From: an uncultured Lachnospiraceae bacterium
GTDB taxonomy: Bacteria > Bacillota > Clostridia > Lachnospirales > Lachnospiraceae
DNA: 64,000 nt
NCBI GenBank assembly: GCA_944381405.1
Contig: CALWLA010000007.1
Span: forward strand, 8,014 to 72,013
Direction: 5' to 3'
Position numbers and translations under genes: made by a program. Shown piece after piece: positions 9,230-19,939 of this stretch (its first letter is position 1; every line of letters starts with the position of its first letter). The notes under the pieces were generated by a model that worked only from the letters and a program-made list of their open reading frames with translations, did no database searches and was not told where the DNA came from.

Positions 9230-10984
9230 ATGGGAAAAAAGGGCGGTCAAAAAAAGGGGCCCGGAGAAAAGACCATCTTTTCTTATTACAAGCCCTATAA
9301 AAAGCTGTTTTTCGGAGATATGGCCTGCGCTTTTCTGGAGGCCATGGCGACCCTGATCATTCCCCTGATCATCCGGCATATCACGGGAGGCGTGGTGGAA
9401 AAACCCCTTACCGAGGCCCTTCCGGAGATCTACCAGCTGGGAGCCGTGATGATCGGGCTGTGCCTTGTGCAGCTGGTTTGCCAGTGGTATACCGTTTACT
9501 TCGGCCATATGGTGGGAACCATGCAGGAACGGGATATGCGTTCGGAGCTTTACGAGCATCTGCAGAAGCTGAGCTTCACCTTTTATGACAACGCCAAGGT
9601 GGGGTCGCTTTTGAGCCGGGTGACCTCAGATCTGTTTGAGCTCACGGAGCTTCTGCACCACGGGCCGGAGGACGTGGTCATCTCCATCATCAAGATCATT
9701 GGCGCTTTTGTGATTCTCTGGATGATCAACGGCAGGCTGGCCCTGGTATCCCTGCTGATGCTGGTGCTGATGCTGGTGATCGCCGTCTACTTCAACGGCA
9801 AGATGAAAAAGGCCTTTGCAGAGCGGCGGGAAGTGCTGGCGGACATGAACGGGCAGCTGGAGGATTCCCTGGCAGGCATCCGGGTGGTAAAGTCCTTTGC
9901 CAACGAGGACCGGGAGATCGAAAATTTCGAGAAGCAGAACAGCCGGTATGTGGAGGCGAAACGGCGTTCCTACGTCTATATGTCCACCTACCAGAGCTCC
10001 ATGAATTTCTTCAGCACCCTGATCACGGTGGTCTCCGTCATCGCGGGAGCGGCCATGATGGCCTGGGGCGGCCTTTCTGCGGCGGACCTGGTGGCCTTTA
10101 TCCTTTATATCAACAACTTTATCGAGCCGGTAAAGCGGCTGATCAATTTTACGGAGACCTTCCAGTCCGGCTGGTCCGGCTACGCCAGGTTCCGGGAGGT
10201 CATGGCGATATGCCCGGATATTACGGACAGCCCGGAGGCAAAGCCCCTTAGGGACTGCCGGGGAGACGTGCAGTTTTCCCATGTGTCCTTCCATTATGCG
10301 GACCATAACGAAACGGTGCTGAAGGATGTAAATCTTCATGTGGGAGCCGGAGAATACGTGGCGCTCTGCGGCAGCTCCGGCGCAGGCAAGACCACCCTCT
10401 GCTCGCTGATCCCGAGATTTTACGATGTGACGGAGGGGGCGGTGCTCATCGACGGTCAGGACGTGCGGGGGCTTCAGCTCAAGTCTCTCCGCAGCCATAT
10501 CGGCATCGTGCAGCAGGACGTTTATCTTTTTGCGGGAACCGTCATGGATAACATCCGGTACGGAAAACCCGACGCCACCGACGAGGAGTGCATTGCGGCG
10601 GCCAAGGCGGCCAACGCCCATTCCTTTATCATGGAGCTGCCGAAGGGCTACGATACGGACATTGGACAGCGGGGCGTCAAGCTTTCCGGAGGCCAGAAGC
10701 AGCGGCTTTCCATCGCCAGGGTGTTTCTGAAAAATCCGCCGGTGCTGATCTTCGACGAGGCCACCTCAGCGCTTGACAACGAGTCGGAGCGGGTGGTGCA
10801 GGAATCCCTGGAGCGGCTGTCCCGGAACAGGACCACCTTTGTCATCGCCCACAGGCTTTCCACCATCCGGAACGCCAAGCGGATCCTGGTGCTGACGGAG
10901 GAGGGCATCGCCGAAGAGGGCACCCACGAGGAGCTCCTGCGGAAAAACGGCGTGTACGCCGCCCTGTATCACGCGGGGCACTGA
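9230..10984 (+). CDS. ABC exporter, fused permease/ATP-binding protein (MsbA/multidrug type)
   Basis: Six-TM domain followed by an NBD with Walker A GSSGAGKTT, signature LSGGQKQR and Walker B LIFDEATSALD. Confidence 0.9.
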   Translation: MGKKGGQKKGPGEKTIFSYYKPYKKLFFGDMACAFLEAMATLIIPLIIRHITGGVVEKPLTEALPEIYQLGAVMIGLCLVQLVCQWYTVYFGHMVGTMQERDMRSELYEHLQKLSFTFYDNAKVGSLLSRVTSDLFELTELLHHGPEDVVISIIKIIGAFVILWMINGRLALVSLLMLVLMLVIAVYFNGKMKKAFAERREVLADMNGQLEDSLAGIRVVKSFANEDREIENFEKQNSRYVEAKRRSYVYMSTYQSSMNFFSTLITVVSVIAGAAMMAWGGLSAADLVAFILYINNFIEPVKRLINFTETFQSGWSGYARFREVMAICPDITDSPEAKPLRDCRGDVQFSHVSFHYADHNETVLKDVNLHVGAGEYVALCGSSGAGKTTLCSLIPRFYDVTEGAVLIDGQDVRGLQLKSLRSHIGIVQQDVYLFAGTVMDNIRYGKPDATDEECIAAAKAANAHSFIMELPKGYDTDIGQRGVKLSGGQKQRLSIARVFLKNPPVLIFDEATSALDNESERVVQESLERLSRNRTTFVIAHRLSTIRNAKRILVLTEEGIAEEGTHEELLRKNGVYAALYHAGH

Positions 10985-11105
10985 TGGGCCCATGGCCGGA
11001 AAGATGGCGTTTCCTGGTTGAAGGAGCGGGCTCCATCTATTGATAATCATGGAAAAATCTGCTAAACTGAACGGAAGCAAAAAAATTTGCAGCAGGGGAA
11101 AAGGT

Positions 11106-11915
11106 ATGTATAAACAGGGAATTTACACGGTAATGAGCAACCGCCGGATCGCGGCGGACGTCTATCGCATGGTGCTTTCCGGAGACACCCAGTATCTGGA
11201 CCGGCCGGGGCAGTTCATCAATATCAAATTGTCCGGACTGTATCTTCGCAGGCCCATTTCCGTCTGCGACTGGGACAAGGAGACCATCACCATCATCTAT
11301 AAGGTGGTGGGAGAGGGAACGGCCCGGATGGCGGCCATGACCGGCGGCGAGGAGCTGGATGTGCTGACAGGTCTTGGAAACGGCTTTGAAACGGACTTTA
11401 CAAAGCTTCTGCCTGAGGCGGGGATCCGGAAGAGCCCGGAGGGAAATTTCGTTTTCCCGGATGGTCGTCAGGTGACCGCGGCTGTGGTAGGCGGCGGCGT
11501 AGGCGTGCCTCCCCTTTACGCCCTGTCCCGGAAGCTCCTTTCCGAAGGCGTCCGGGTGATTGCGGTGCTGGGCTTTAACCAGGAGGACCAGATCTTCGGC
11601 TACCGGGATTTTGCGGAGCTGGGCGTTCCCGTATGCCTTACCACGGTGGACGGAAGCGTAGGGGTGAAGGGCTTTGTGACCGACGCCCTGAAAAACTTTG
11701 AATACGATTTTTACTTTACCTGCGGTCCGGAGCCTATGCTGCGGGCGGTATGGAATCTTGGAAAAGAGCGGGGCGTGGAGGGACTCCTGAGCTTTGAGGC
11801 CCGGATGGGCTGCGGCTTTGGCGCCTGCATGGGCTGCTCCTGTGAAACCATCGCGGGACCGAAGCGCATCTGCGTGGAGGGACCGGTGATGAAGAGCGGG
11901 GAGGTGCTGCTGTAA
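11106..11915 (+). CDS. pyrK: dihydroorotate dehydrogenase B electron-transfer subunit
   Basis: RRPISV FAD-binding motif, GGGVGVPPL NAD fold and C-terminal 2Fe-2S motif CGFGACMGCSC. ATG 11106 chosen over the longer ORF start at 11040. Confidence 0.9.
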   Translation: MYKQGIYTVMSNRRIAADVYRMVLSGDTQYLDRPGQFINIKLSGLYLRRPISVCDWDKETITIIYKVVGEGTARMAAMTGGEELDVLTGLGNGFETDFTKLLPEAGIRKSPEGNFVFPDGRQVTAAVVGGGVGVPPLYALSRKLLSEGVRVIAVLGFNQEDQIFGYRDFAELGVPVCLTTVDGSVGVKGFVTDALKNFEYDFYFTCGPEPMLRAVWNLGKERGVEGLLSFEARMGCGFGACMGCSCETIAGPKRICVEGPVMKSGEVLL

Positions 11916-12826
11916 TGGATATGCGCGTGACCTTAAGCGGCTGGACGCTGGACAATCCGGTGATTCCGGCTTCCGGGACCTATGGCTTCGGCTATGAGTT
12001 CCATCAGTTTTACGATATCAACATGTTGGGCAGCATTGCCTTAAAGGGAACCACGAAGGATCCCCGCTACGGCAATCCCCTTCCCAGGATCGCGGAGTGC
12101 CGGGAAGGCCTGATCAACGCCATCGGCCTGCAGAACCCCGGCGTGGAAAAGGTGATCTCCGAGGAGCTGCCCAGGCTTAAGACGGTCTTCCACAAAAAGG
12201 CAATCGCCAATATCTCCGGCTTCAGCATAGAAGATTATGTTTATACGGCCTCCCGCTTCGACCAGGAGGAGCAGATCGGGATCCTGGAGATCAACATCAG
12301 CTGCCCCAACGTCCATGGCGGCGGCATGGCCTTCGGACAGAAGGCGGAAGCGGCGGCAGAGGTGTGCCGGGCGGTGAAGGCGGCCTGCAAAAAGCCGGTA
12401 TACATGAAGCTTTCTCCCAACGTTACCAGCGTGGCGGAGATCGCAAAGGCCTGCGAAGAGGCAGGGGCGGACGGCATCGTGCTGATCAACACCATGCTGG
12501 GCATGCGGATCGAGCCCAGGACGGGCAAGCCCATCGTCAGCACCAAGGCCGCAGGATTTTCCGGACCGGCGGTAAAGCCGGTGGCAGTGCGGATGGTCTA
12601 TGAGGTGTATGAGGCGGTCAAATGTCCCATCATCGGCGTAGGCGGCATCGAGACTGCGGACGACGTCATCGAAATGATGAGCGCGGGAGCGGCGGCGGTA
12701 GAGGTAGGAGCCGCCAATCTGGTGGATCCCTATGCCTGCAAGAAGATCATCGAAGAGCTGCCGGAAAAGATGGCGGCCTACGGCATCGAACGGCTGTCGG
12801 ATATCACGGGAAGAGCCCATCATTAA
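11915..12826 (+). CDS. pyrD: dihydroorotate dehydrogenase B catalytic subunit
   Basis: TAATG overlap with pyrK. Class 1 DHODH motifs (GTYGFG, NISCPN, GVGGI). Confidence 0.93.
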   Translation: MDMRVTLSGWTLDNPVIPASGTYGFGYEFHQFYDINMLGSIALKGTTKDPRYGNPLPRIAECREGLINAIGLQNPGVEKVISEELPRLKTVFHKKAIANISGFSIEDYVYTASRFDQEEQIGILEINISCPNVHGGGMAFGQKAEAAAEVCRAVKAACKKPVYMKLSPNVTSVAEIAKACEEAGADGIVLINTMLGMRIEPRTGKPIVSTKAAGFSGPAVKPVAVRMVYEVYEAVKCPIIGVGGIETADDVIEMMSAGAAAVEVGAANLVDPYACKKIIEELPEKMAAYGIERLSDITGRAHH

Positions 12827-12870
12827 ATTCATATAAGAAAAGCTTTGGAGTTTTCAGATCAGGAGGAGAT

Positions 12871-13581
12871 ATGAAGCAGAAAGATGTGATCATAGCGCTG
12901 GATTTCAAGGACAAGGCGGAGACCCTGGCCTTTCTGGACCGTTTTACGGAGGAAAAGCCCTTTGTCAAGATCGGCATGGAGCTGTTTTATGGAGAGGGCC
13001 CGGATATCGTGCGGGAAATCAAGGCCCGGGGACACAGCATTTTCCTGGATCTCAAGCTTCACGATATCCCCATGACGGTGCGGAAGGCCATGCGCAACCT
13101 GGCCCGTCTTGGCGTTGACATGACAAACGTGCATGCGGCGGGCACCGCCGATATGATGAAGGCGGCGCTGGAGGGCCTCAGGGAGGGCGCCCAGGAAGCG
13201 GGACTTCCCTGTGCAAAGCTCATCGCCGTGACCCAGCTGACTTCCACCAGCGAGGAGCGGATGCAGCGGGAGCTTCTGATCAACGCTCCCATCAACGATA
13301 CCATCATCCACTATGCAAAGAACGCCAAGGAGGCGGGCCTTTGCGGCGTGGTATGCTCTCCCCTGGAGGCGGCCATGGTAAAGGAGGCCTGCGGGAAGGA
13401 ATTCCTGACGGTGACCCCGGGCATCCGTTATCCCGGAGCCGGGGTGCAGGACCAGGTGCGGGTGACCTCTCCCAGCGACGCAAAGGAGATCGGAACGGAC
13501 TATATCGTGGTGGGACGCCCCATTACGGCTGCGGAGGACCCGGTGGCGGCATACCACAGAGTCTGCGGAGATTTTCTGTAA
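12871..13581 (+). CDS. pyrF: orotidine 5'-phosphate decarboxylase
   Basis: Internal ATG 12871 preceded by AGGAGG. Motifs IIALDF, KIGMELF and DLKLHDIP. The longer listed ORF (12622) merely overlaps pyrD out of frame. Confidence 0.92.
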   Translation: MKQKDVIIALDFKDKAETLAFLDRFTEEKPFVKIGMELFYGEGPDIVREIKARGHSIFLDLKLHDIPMTVRKAMRNLARLGVDMTNVHAAGTADMMKAALEGLREGAQEAGLPCAKLIAVTQLTSTSEERMQRELLINAPINDTIIHYAKNAKEAGLCGVVCSPLEAAMVKEACGKEFLTVTPGIRYPGAGVQDQVRVTSPSDAKEIGTDYIVVGRPITAAEDPVAAYHRVCGDFL

Positions 13582-13652
13582 AAGGGCAGGTTTCCTGAAA
13601 GCCTGCGGCGGCGGGCCATCACGGAAAACCGGCGGAAAGAAGGATCGGTTTT

Positions 13653-14258
13653 ATGAAAACGCATATCACATGGGAGGAGGCCCTTGGGCTTCTGGAAAAA
13701 TACAATCAGGAACCCTTCCATATCGAGCACGGCATCACGGTGGGCAAGACCATGGGCTGGTTCGCCCGGAATCTGGGCTATGAGGAGGAAGCGGATTTCT
13801 GGGAGGTGACAGGGCTCCTGCACGATGTGGATTTTGAAAGATATCCGGAGGAGCATTGCAAAAAGGCTCCGGAGCTATTGGCGGAGCTTTTTGCAGAGCC
13901 GGAGCTGGTGCATGCGGTCTGCTCCCACGGCTATGGGCTCTGCTCCGATGTGGAGCCGGAGCACCAGATGGAAAAGGTGCTTTTTGCGGAGGACGAGCTG
14001 ACAGGCATCATCTTTGCCGCGGCAAAAATGCGTCCCTCCAAAAGCTGCCGGGATATGGAGCTTTCCTCTCTGAAAAAGAAATTCAAGGACAAGCGCTTTG
14101 CGGCAGGCTGTTCCCGGGAGGTCATCCGGACCGGAGCGGAGCGCCTGGGCTGGACCCTGGAGGAGCTTCTGGAAAAGACCCTTCAGGCCATGCAGGCCTG
14201 CGAGGAGGACATCCGGAGGGAAACGGCTTCGGAAACGGAAAGAAAACAGGAAGGATAA
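13653..14258 (+). CDS. HD domain phosphohydrolase family protein
   Basis: H...HD metal-binding motif (GLLHDVDFERYPEEH). About 200 aa, HD superfamily size. Confidence 0.75.
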   Translation: MKTHITWEEALGLLEKYNQEPFHIEHGITVGKTMGWFARNLGYEEEADFWEVTGLLHDVDFERYPEEHCKKAPELLAELFAEPELVHAVCSHGYGLCSDVEPEHQMEKVLFAEDELTGIIFAAAKMRPSKSCRDMELSSLKKKFKDKRFAAGCSREVIRTGAERLGWTLEELLEKTLQAMQACEEDIRRETASETERKQEG

Positions 14259-14268
14259 GATAGATACT

Positions 14269-15564
14269 ATGGCATTTACCAAAAAGCCGGTTACCGGAAT
14301 GCGGGATATCCTGCCGGAGGAAATGGCAGTGAGAAACTATGTGGAGCAGACGATCCGGGAGACCTATGCGGGATACGGATTTTCCTCCATGATGACGCCG
14401 GTGGTGGAGCATATCGAAAATCTGACGGCAAAGCAGGGAGGAGACAACGAAAAGCTGATCTTCAAGATCCTGAAGCGGGGCGAAAAGCTTACGGAAGCCC
14501 TTTCAGACCTGCGGGCAGCCGGGGCCCCTGCAGAAGGGGAGGCGGAGAACCTTTCCGACAGCGGCTTAAGATACGATCTGACCCTGCCCCTGGCCCGGTA
14601 TTATGCAAATAACCAGAGCAAGCTCCCGCAGCCCTTCAAGGCGCTGCAGATGGGGCCGGTGTTCCGGGCGGACAGACCTCAGAAGGGCCGGTTCCGCCAG
14701 TTCCAGCAGTGCGACATCGACATTCTGGGAGACCCCACCAATCTGGCGGAAAAAGAGCTGATCCTAGCTACCTCCGAGGCCCTGGAAAAACTGGGCTTTG
14801 GAGAAAACTGCCGGATCATCATCAACGACCGGCGGCTTTTGTTTGAAATGATCGCCTATGCGGGGCTTCCCGGAGAGGATGCGGAAAAGATCCTGATCGT
14901 GCTGGACAAGGCGGACAAGATCGGCCCCGAGGGCGTGGATCAGGAGCTTCTGTCCATGGGTTACGGACAGGAGCAGATACAGCGCCTGCGGCAGCTGCTT
15001 TCCGGCTGTCAGGGTACCCCGGAGGACGCCAGGAACCTGGGAGAGGCGCTGGGCACCGAGACCGCAAAGGCGGCAGGGGAAAACGTCGCCGACATCATGC
15101 AGTCCATCGCCGCAGTGAAAAGCCGGCACATTCAGATGTGCTTTGTGCCCACATTGGTGCGGGGCATGGGCTATTATACAGGCACCATCTTCGAGATCCA
15201 GACCGACGCTTTGGGTTCCTCCATCGGCGGCGGCGGGCGCTATGACCGGATGATCGGAAAATTCACCGGCCAGGACGTTCCGGCAGTGGGCTTTTCCATC
15301 GGCTTCGAGCGCATTATGACCATCCTGATGGAGCAGGGCTTCAGCGTTCCGGAGACGGGAGAAAAGACCGTCTACCTCATCGAGAAGAACATGCCGCCGG
15401 AGCGGGTGGGAGAGATTCTGAACGAGGCCATCTCCGCCCGGAGCAAGGGGGCCAGGGTACTGGTCGCCTGGATGGCAAAGAACAAAAAGTTCCAGAAGGA
15501 AAATCTGATGAAAGAGGGCTATACCGATTTCCGGGATTTTTACCGGGAGGAACTGAAAAAATAA
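14269..15564 (+). CDS. hisS: histidine--tRNA ligase
   Basis: Starts MAFTKKPVTGMRDILPEE. Class II motifs (RYDLTLPLARY, FRQFQQCDIDILG, GGGGRYD). ATG 14269 lies 10 nt after the HD gene stop. Confidence 0.93.
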   Translation: MAFTKKPVTGMRDILPEEMAVRNYVEQTIRETYAGYGFSSMMTPVVEHIENLTAKQGGDNEKLIFKILKRGEKLTEALSDLRAAGAPAEGEAENLSDSGLRYDLTLPLARYYANNQSKLPQPFKALQMGPVFRADRPQKGRFRQFQQCDIDILGDPTNLAEKELILATSEALEKLGFGENCRIIINDRRLLFEMIAYAGLPGEDAEKILIVLDKADKIGPEGVDQELLSMGYGQEQIQRLRQLLSGCQGTPEDARNLGEALGTETAKAAGENVADIMQSIAAVKSRHIQMCFVPTLVRGMGYYTGTIFEIQTDALGSSIGGGGRYDRMIGKFTGQDVPAVGFSIGFERIMTILMEQGFSVPETGEKTVYLIEKNMPPERVGEILNEAISARSKGARVLVAWMAKNKKFQKENLMKEGYTDFRDFYREELKK

Positions 15565-15622
15565 ACGCGCCCGCCAAAAAGGGCGGAGCAGCATTACCAA
15601 AACCAAGGAGCATGAAACGATC

Positions 15623-17449
15623 ATGGCAGAAAGTATACAGGGACTTAAGAGAACCGCCAGATGTGCGGAGCTGGGAGAGCAGGACATTGACCGGAATGTA
15701 ACCGTCATGGGCTGGGTCCAGAAATCCAGGAACAAGGGAGGCCTTGTTTTCACGGATATGCGGGACCGCAGCGGGATCCTGCAGGTGATTTTTGAGGAGG
15801 ATATCTGCGGCAGCGAGGTCTTCGCAAAGGCAGGAACGCTGCACAGCGAATACTGCATCGCAGTAACGGGCCGGGTCCGCAGCAGAGGCAAGGACGTGAA
15901 CCGGGAGCTTGCCACCGGCGCCATCGAGATCGAGGCAAAGGAGCTGCGCATCCTTTCCGAGTCCGCACCCCTTCCCTTCCCCATCGAGAGCGAGACAAAG
16001 ACCAGGGAGGAGCTTCGTCTGAAATACCGGTATCTGGATCTGCGCCGTGCGCCGCTGCAGCGGAACATCATGCTGCGCTCAAAGCTGGCCATGAGCGTGC
16101 GGAACTTCCTGACGGAGGAGGGCTTCCTGGAGATCGAGACACCCACCTTCATCAAGTCCACGCCGGAGGGAGCCAGAGACTATCTGGTACCTTCCAGAGT
16201 GCATCCGGGAGAGTTTTATGCGCTGCCCCAGTCGCCGCAGCTTCTGAAGCAGCTTCTGATGTGCTCCGGCTTCGACCGTTATTTCCAGCTGGCCCGGTGC
16301 TACCGGGACGAGGATCTGCGGGCGGACCGGCAGCCGGAATTCACCCAGATCGACATGGAGCTTTCCTTTGTGGATGTGGAGGATGTGCTGGAGGTCAATG
16401 AAAGGCTGTTGAAGCGCATCTTCAAAGAGGTCATCGGCGTGGAGGTGGAGCTTCCCATTCCCCGCATGACCTGGCAGACTGCCATGGACCTGTACGGCTC
16501 TGACAAGCCGGATCTGCGCTTCGGCCTCCCCATTGCGGATGTTTCCGAGGTGGTAAAGGATACGGAGTTTTCTGTATTCCGGGATGCGGTGGCAGCAGGT
16601 GGCGCTGTGCGGGGCATCCGGGTTCCGGGGGAGGGCCACATGCCCAGAAAAAAGATCGACGCCCTGGTGGACGTGGCGAAATACTACGGCGGCAAGGGCC
16701 TGGCATATCTCTGCGTAGGCTGCGCTGAGGACGGCGGCCACAAGTGCTCCTTCGGCAAGTTCATGACAAAGGAGCAGCTGGACGCCATCGTTTCAGCCAT
16801 GGGCGCAGAGCAGGGCGATCTGCTGGTATTTGCCGCAGACCGGCTTTCCGTTGTGCGGAACGTGCTGGGAAATGTACGCCTTGCCCTTGGAAAACAGCTG
16901 GATCTGATCAAAAAGGACGACTGGAAGTTTGTCTGGATCACGGAATTCCCGCTTCTGGAGTGGTCCGAGGAGGAAAACCGGTTCATGGCGATGCACCATC
17001 CTTTTACCGCGCCCATGGACGAGGACTGGCAGTATATCGACAGCGATCCGGGACGGGTAAGGGCAAAGGCTTATGATATCGTCCTGAACGGAACGGAGCT
17101 GGGAGGCGGTTCCGTCCGGATCCATCAGGCGGACATCCAGGAAAAGATGCTGGAGGTCCTGGGCTTTACGCCGGAACGGGCCAACGAGCAGTTCGGCTTC
17201 CTGTTGGAGGCCTTCAAATATGGCGTTCCGCCCCACGCAGGCCTAGCCTACGGCATGGACCGGGTAGCTATGTGGATGGCGGGTGCGGACAGCATCCGCG
17301 ACGTCATGGCTTTCCCGAAGCTGAAGGACGCTTCCGACGCTATGATGGGAGCCCCGGCAGAGGTGGACCAGCAGCAGCTGAGGGATCTGGCGATCCTGGT
17401 GGATCAGTCAGCCATCGAAAAGAAAGAAACAACCGAACAGGAATCCTAA
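15623..17449 (+). CDS. aspS: aspartate--tRNA ligase
   Basis: OB-fold N-terminus, motif 2 CYRDEDLRADRQPEFTQID, motif 3 GLAYGMDR. 608 aa bacterial-type with the insertion domain. Confidence 0.95.
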   Translation: MAESIQGLKRTARCAELGEQDIDRNVTVMGWVQKSRNKGGLVFTDMRDRSGILQVIFEEDICGSEVFAKAGTLHSEYCIAVTGRVRSRGKDVNRELATGAIEIEAKELRILSESAPLPFPIESETKTREELRLKYRYLDLRRAPLQRNIMLRSKLAMSVRNFLTEEGFLEIETPTFIKSTPEGARDYLVPSRVHPGEFYALPQSPQLLKQLLMCSGFDRYFQLARCYRDEDLRADRQPEFTQIDMELSFVDVEDVLEVNERLLKRIFKEVIGVEVELPIPRMTWQTAMDLYGSDKPDLRFGLPIADVSEVVKDTEFSVFRDAVAAGGAVRGIRVPGEGHMPRKKIDALVDVAKYYGGKGLAYLCVGCAEDGGHKCSFGKFMTKEQLDAIVSAMGAEQGDLLVFAADRLSVVRNVLGNVRLALGKQLDLIKKDDWKFVWITEFPLLEWSEEENRFMAMHHPFTAPMDEDWQYIDSDPGRVRAKAYDIVLNGTELGGGSVRIHQADIQEKMLEVLGFTPERANEQFGFLLEAFKYGVPPHAGLAYGMDRVAMWMAGADSIRDVMAFPKLKDASDAMMGAPAEVDQQQLRDLAILVDQSAIEKKETTEQES

Positions 17450-17484
17450 AAGGGAAACAACCAAACAGGCATCATAAACAAGAC

Positions 17485-17520
17485 GGCTTCGGGGGCAGGT
17501 TTTCGCTCCCGAAGCCTTGG
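17485..17520 (+). terminator. candidate terminator hairpin after aspS
   Basis: GGCTTCGGG(17485-17493)/CCCGAAGCC(17508-17516) perfect 9-bp stem extendable by 2-3 pairs. Only a short TT follows, so the U-tract is weak. Confidence 0.4.
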
Positions 17521-17531
17521 AGATTTTGCGA

Positions 17532-18107
17532 ATGGATAAAAGAGAATTCCTTTCCCAGCTCCGGGGGGCGCTGGCCTATGAGCTGCCGCCGCAGCTTGTG
17601 GAAAGCAATCTGAGCTACTATCGGGGATACATAGAGGAAGAGCTCCGGAAGGGCAGAAGGCAGGAAGAGGTGCTGGCGGAACTGGGAGATCCCAAGCTCA
17701 TCGCCCGTTCCATCATCGACGCCATCAAAAGCGGCGCCGACGGTATTCCGGGTACGGCAGACGACATCAGTTTTACCGGCGGAGGCCCCATCTTCGCGGA
17801 GGAGGGACAGTACCGGACAGAGGAGCCGGGCTGCAATACCTTTGATGAACAGGGCAGGGAATCCTGCGACAGCCAGGAGCAGTTTGCAGGAGGCGGCTAT
17901 GGCAGCGGCTCGACGCCGAGACAAAAGACCACCTTCCGGCAGTTTGACATGAACGGCGGCTGCGGCTGCCTGGGACTGATCCTGGTATTTTTCCTGATCA
18001 TGTCCCTGATCGGCTGGGTCATCGGGCTTCTGAGCCCGATCCTCGCGCCGGTGTGCATGGTGCTGCTGATCCTCTGGCTGGTGGAACGCATTCGGGAGAA
18101 CAAATAA
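17532..18107 (+). CDS. DUF1700-like membrane protein
   Basis: N-terminus MDKREFLSQLRGAL...LSYYRGYIEEEL...LGDPKLIARSII resembles DUF1700 proteins. Gly-rich middle and C-terminal TM segments. Confidence 0.65.
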   Translation: MDKREFLSQLRGALAYELPPQLVESNLSYYRGYIEEELRKGRRQEEVLAELGDPKLIARSIIDAIKSGADGIPGTADDISFTGGGPIFAEEGQYRTEEPGCNTFDEQGRESCDSQEQFAGGGYGSGSTPRQKTTFRQFDMNGGCGCLGLILVFFLIMSLIGWVIGLLSPILAPVCMVLLILWLVERIRENK

Positions 18108-18165
18108 ATGAACCAGACCCGGCAGCCCGCCGGGAAAAGACATTACATATTCAGAAAGAAAACGG

Positions 18166-18756
18166 ATGGAATTTATGGAACGTTACATGTTTGCTTCGGA
18201 TATCCACGGGTCAGCTTTCTGGTGCAGAAAGCTGCTTTCGGCCTTTCAGGAAAGCGGCGCAAAAAAGCTGATCCTGCTGGGGGATATCCTTTATCACGGT
18301 CCCAGAAACGACCTGCCTGAGGAATATGCGCCAAAGGAGGTCATCGCCATGCTCAATCCCCTGCGGGAAAAGATACTCTGCGTCCGGGGAAACTGCGAGG
18401 CAGAGGTTGACCAGATGGTGCTGGACTTTCCCTGCATGGCGGATTACGGCTTTCTGGTGCTGAACGGCCTGAGCTTTTACGCAACCCACGGGCATGTGTA
18501 CAATACCCTTTCCGAGGGGAAAAATCTGCCCCCCATGAATCCGGGAGAGATCCTGATCCACGGACATACCCATATCCCGGTGGCGGAGACCTTTGCAGCT
18601 GACCGGGGAGAGATCTACTGGCTCAATCCCGGCTCCGTCAGCATTCCCAAGGGGGGCTTTCCGAACAGCTACGGGCTTTTGACAGGCACCCGTTTCCAGG
18701 TGCTGGATTTTGCAGGCGGCGTCATAAAGGAGATCGACTTAAAGCATGAACTATGA
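18166..18756 (+). CDS. YfcE/MJ0936-family metallophosphoesterase
   Basis: Motifs SDIHGS, GDILYHGPRN, GNCE, THGH and HGHTH. Confidence 0.85.
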   Translation: MEFMERYMFASDIHGSAFWCRKLLSAFQESGAKKLILLGDILYHGPRNDLPEEYAPKEVIAMLNPLREKILCVRGNCEAEVDQMVLDFPCMADYGFLVLNGLSFYATHGHVYNTLSEGKNLPPMNPGEILIHGHTHIPVAETFAADRGEIYWLNPGSVSIPKGGFPNSYGLLTGTRFQVLDFAGGVIKEIDLKHEL

Positions 18757-19939
18757 TCTGATCGCCCCCTGCCATTTCGGCCTGGAGGCATGTACAAAAA
18801 AGGAGATCCAGAGGCTTGGCTATGAGATCCGGGAAGTGTCCGACGGACGGGTGACCTTTTCTGGCGACGAGCTGGCGGTCTGCCGCAGCAACATCTTCCT
18901 ACGGACGGCGGAGCGCATCCTGCTTCTGGCCGGAAGCTTTGAGGCCAGGACCTGGGACGAGCTGTTTGAAAAGACCAAAGCCCTTCCCTGGGAGGCGTTC
19001 ATTCCGCTGGAGGGACGGGTGTGGGTGGCAAAGGCTTCCTCGGTAAAATCAAAGCTTTTTTCTCCCAAGGATTTTCAGACCATCATACAGAAGGCCATCG
19101 TATCGCGGCTGCAGGCGGCTTATCATATGGAGGGACAGCGGCTGCCCATGGACGGAGCGGACTATGCGCTCCGTGTCTTTGCTTTCAAAGACCGGATCAC
19201 CATCGGCATCGATACCAGCGGGGAATCCCTGCACAAGCGGGGCTACAGAAGGCTTACAGCCAAGGCCCCCATTACGGAGACCCTGGCGGCGGCGCTTCTG
19301 ATGCTGACCCCCTGGCGGGAGGATCGGCCCCTGGTGGATCCCTTCTGCGGCTCCGGGACCTTCTGCATCGAAGCCGCCATGATGGCGGCAGATCGTGCGC
19401 CGGGGATGAACCGGAATTTTTCCGCTACGGCCTGGGAAAACCTGATTCCGAAACAGCTCTGGTACCAGGCCTATGACGAGGCCTATGACCGGGCGGACCG
19501 GGTGGATCTGGAGGCGCTCCGGAAGAAAACGGACATCCAGGGCTTTGACATCGACGGAGAGATCGTGGAGGCAGCCAGAGCAAACGCCAGGGCCGCAGGG
19601 GTGGAGGAGCTGATCCACTTCCAGCGGCGGGATGTGGCGCAGCTGAGCCATCCGAAAAAATATGGCTTTATCATAACCAATCCCCCTTATGGGGAACGGA
19701 TCTCCGAAAAGGAGGAGCTGCCGGCGCTGTACCAGACCCTGGGAGAGCGCTACAGGGCCCTGTCGGACTGGAGCCTTTATGTGATCACCGCCTATGAGGA
19801 GGCGGAAAAACAGCTGGGAAGAAAGGCGGATAAAAACCGCAAGATCTATAACGGCATGATGAAAACCTATTTCTATTCGTATTTTGGCAAGAAACCGCCG
19901 AAGCGGGAGGAAGGGGAAGCAGCCGGAGGTGAGGAATGA
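18746..19939 (+). CDS. THUMP-domain class I SAM-dependent RNA methyltransferase
   Basis: SAM motif DPFCGSGT and catalytic NPPYGERI. N-terminal THUMP-like region. Overlaps the upstream gene by 11 nt. Confidence 0.85.
   Translation: MNYDLIAPCHFGLEACTKKEIQRLGYEIREVSDGRVTFSGDELAVCRSNIFLRTAERILLLAGSFEARTWDELFEKTKALPWEAFIPLEGRVWVAKASSVKSKLFSPKDFQTIIQKAIVSRLQAAYHMEGQRLPMDGADYALRVFAFKDRITIGIDTSGESLHKRGYRRLTAKAPITETLAAALLMLTPWREDRPLVDPFCGSGTFCIEAAMMAADRAPGMNRNFSATAWENLIPKQLWYQAYDEAYDRADRVDLEALRKKTDIQGFDIDGEIVEAARANARAAGVEELIHFQRRDVAQLSHPKKYGFIITNPPYGERISEKEELPALYQTLGERYRALSDWSLYVITAYEEAEKQLGRKADKNRKIYNGMMKTYFYSYFGKKPPKREEGEAAGGEE

Noticed and set aside
12622-12870. N-terminal extensions of listed ORFs (12622, 14098, 11040, 23021, 30855, 32927, 42093, 43304, 52477, 61355)
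   Set aside because: Each extension overlaps the preceding well-supported gene or crosses a terminator or intergenic region and is Arg/Gly-rich nonsense. In every case an internal ATG preceded by a GGAGG-like RBS yields a protein starting like its family homologues.
13582-14268. T-box leader upstream of hisS-aspS
   Set aside because: I looked for one because it is common in Firmicutes. hisS starts 10 nt after the HD-domain gene, and the 70-nt gap before that gene has no specifier or T-box sequence.
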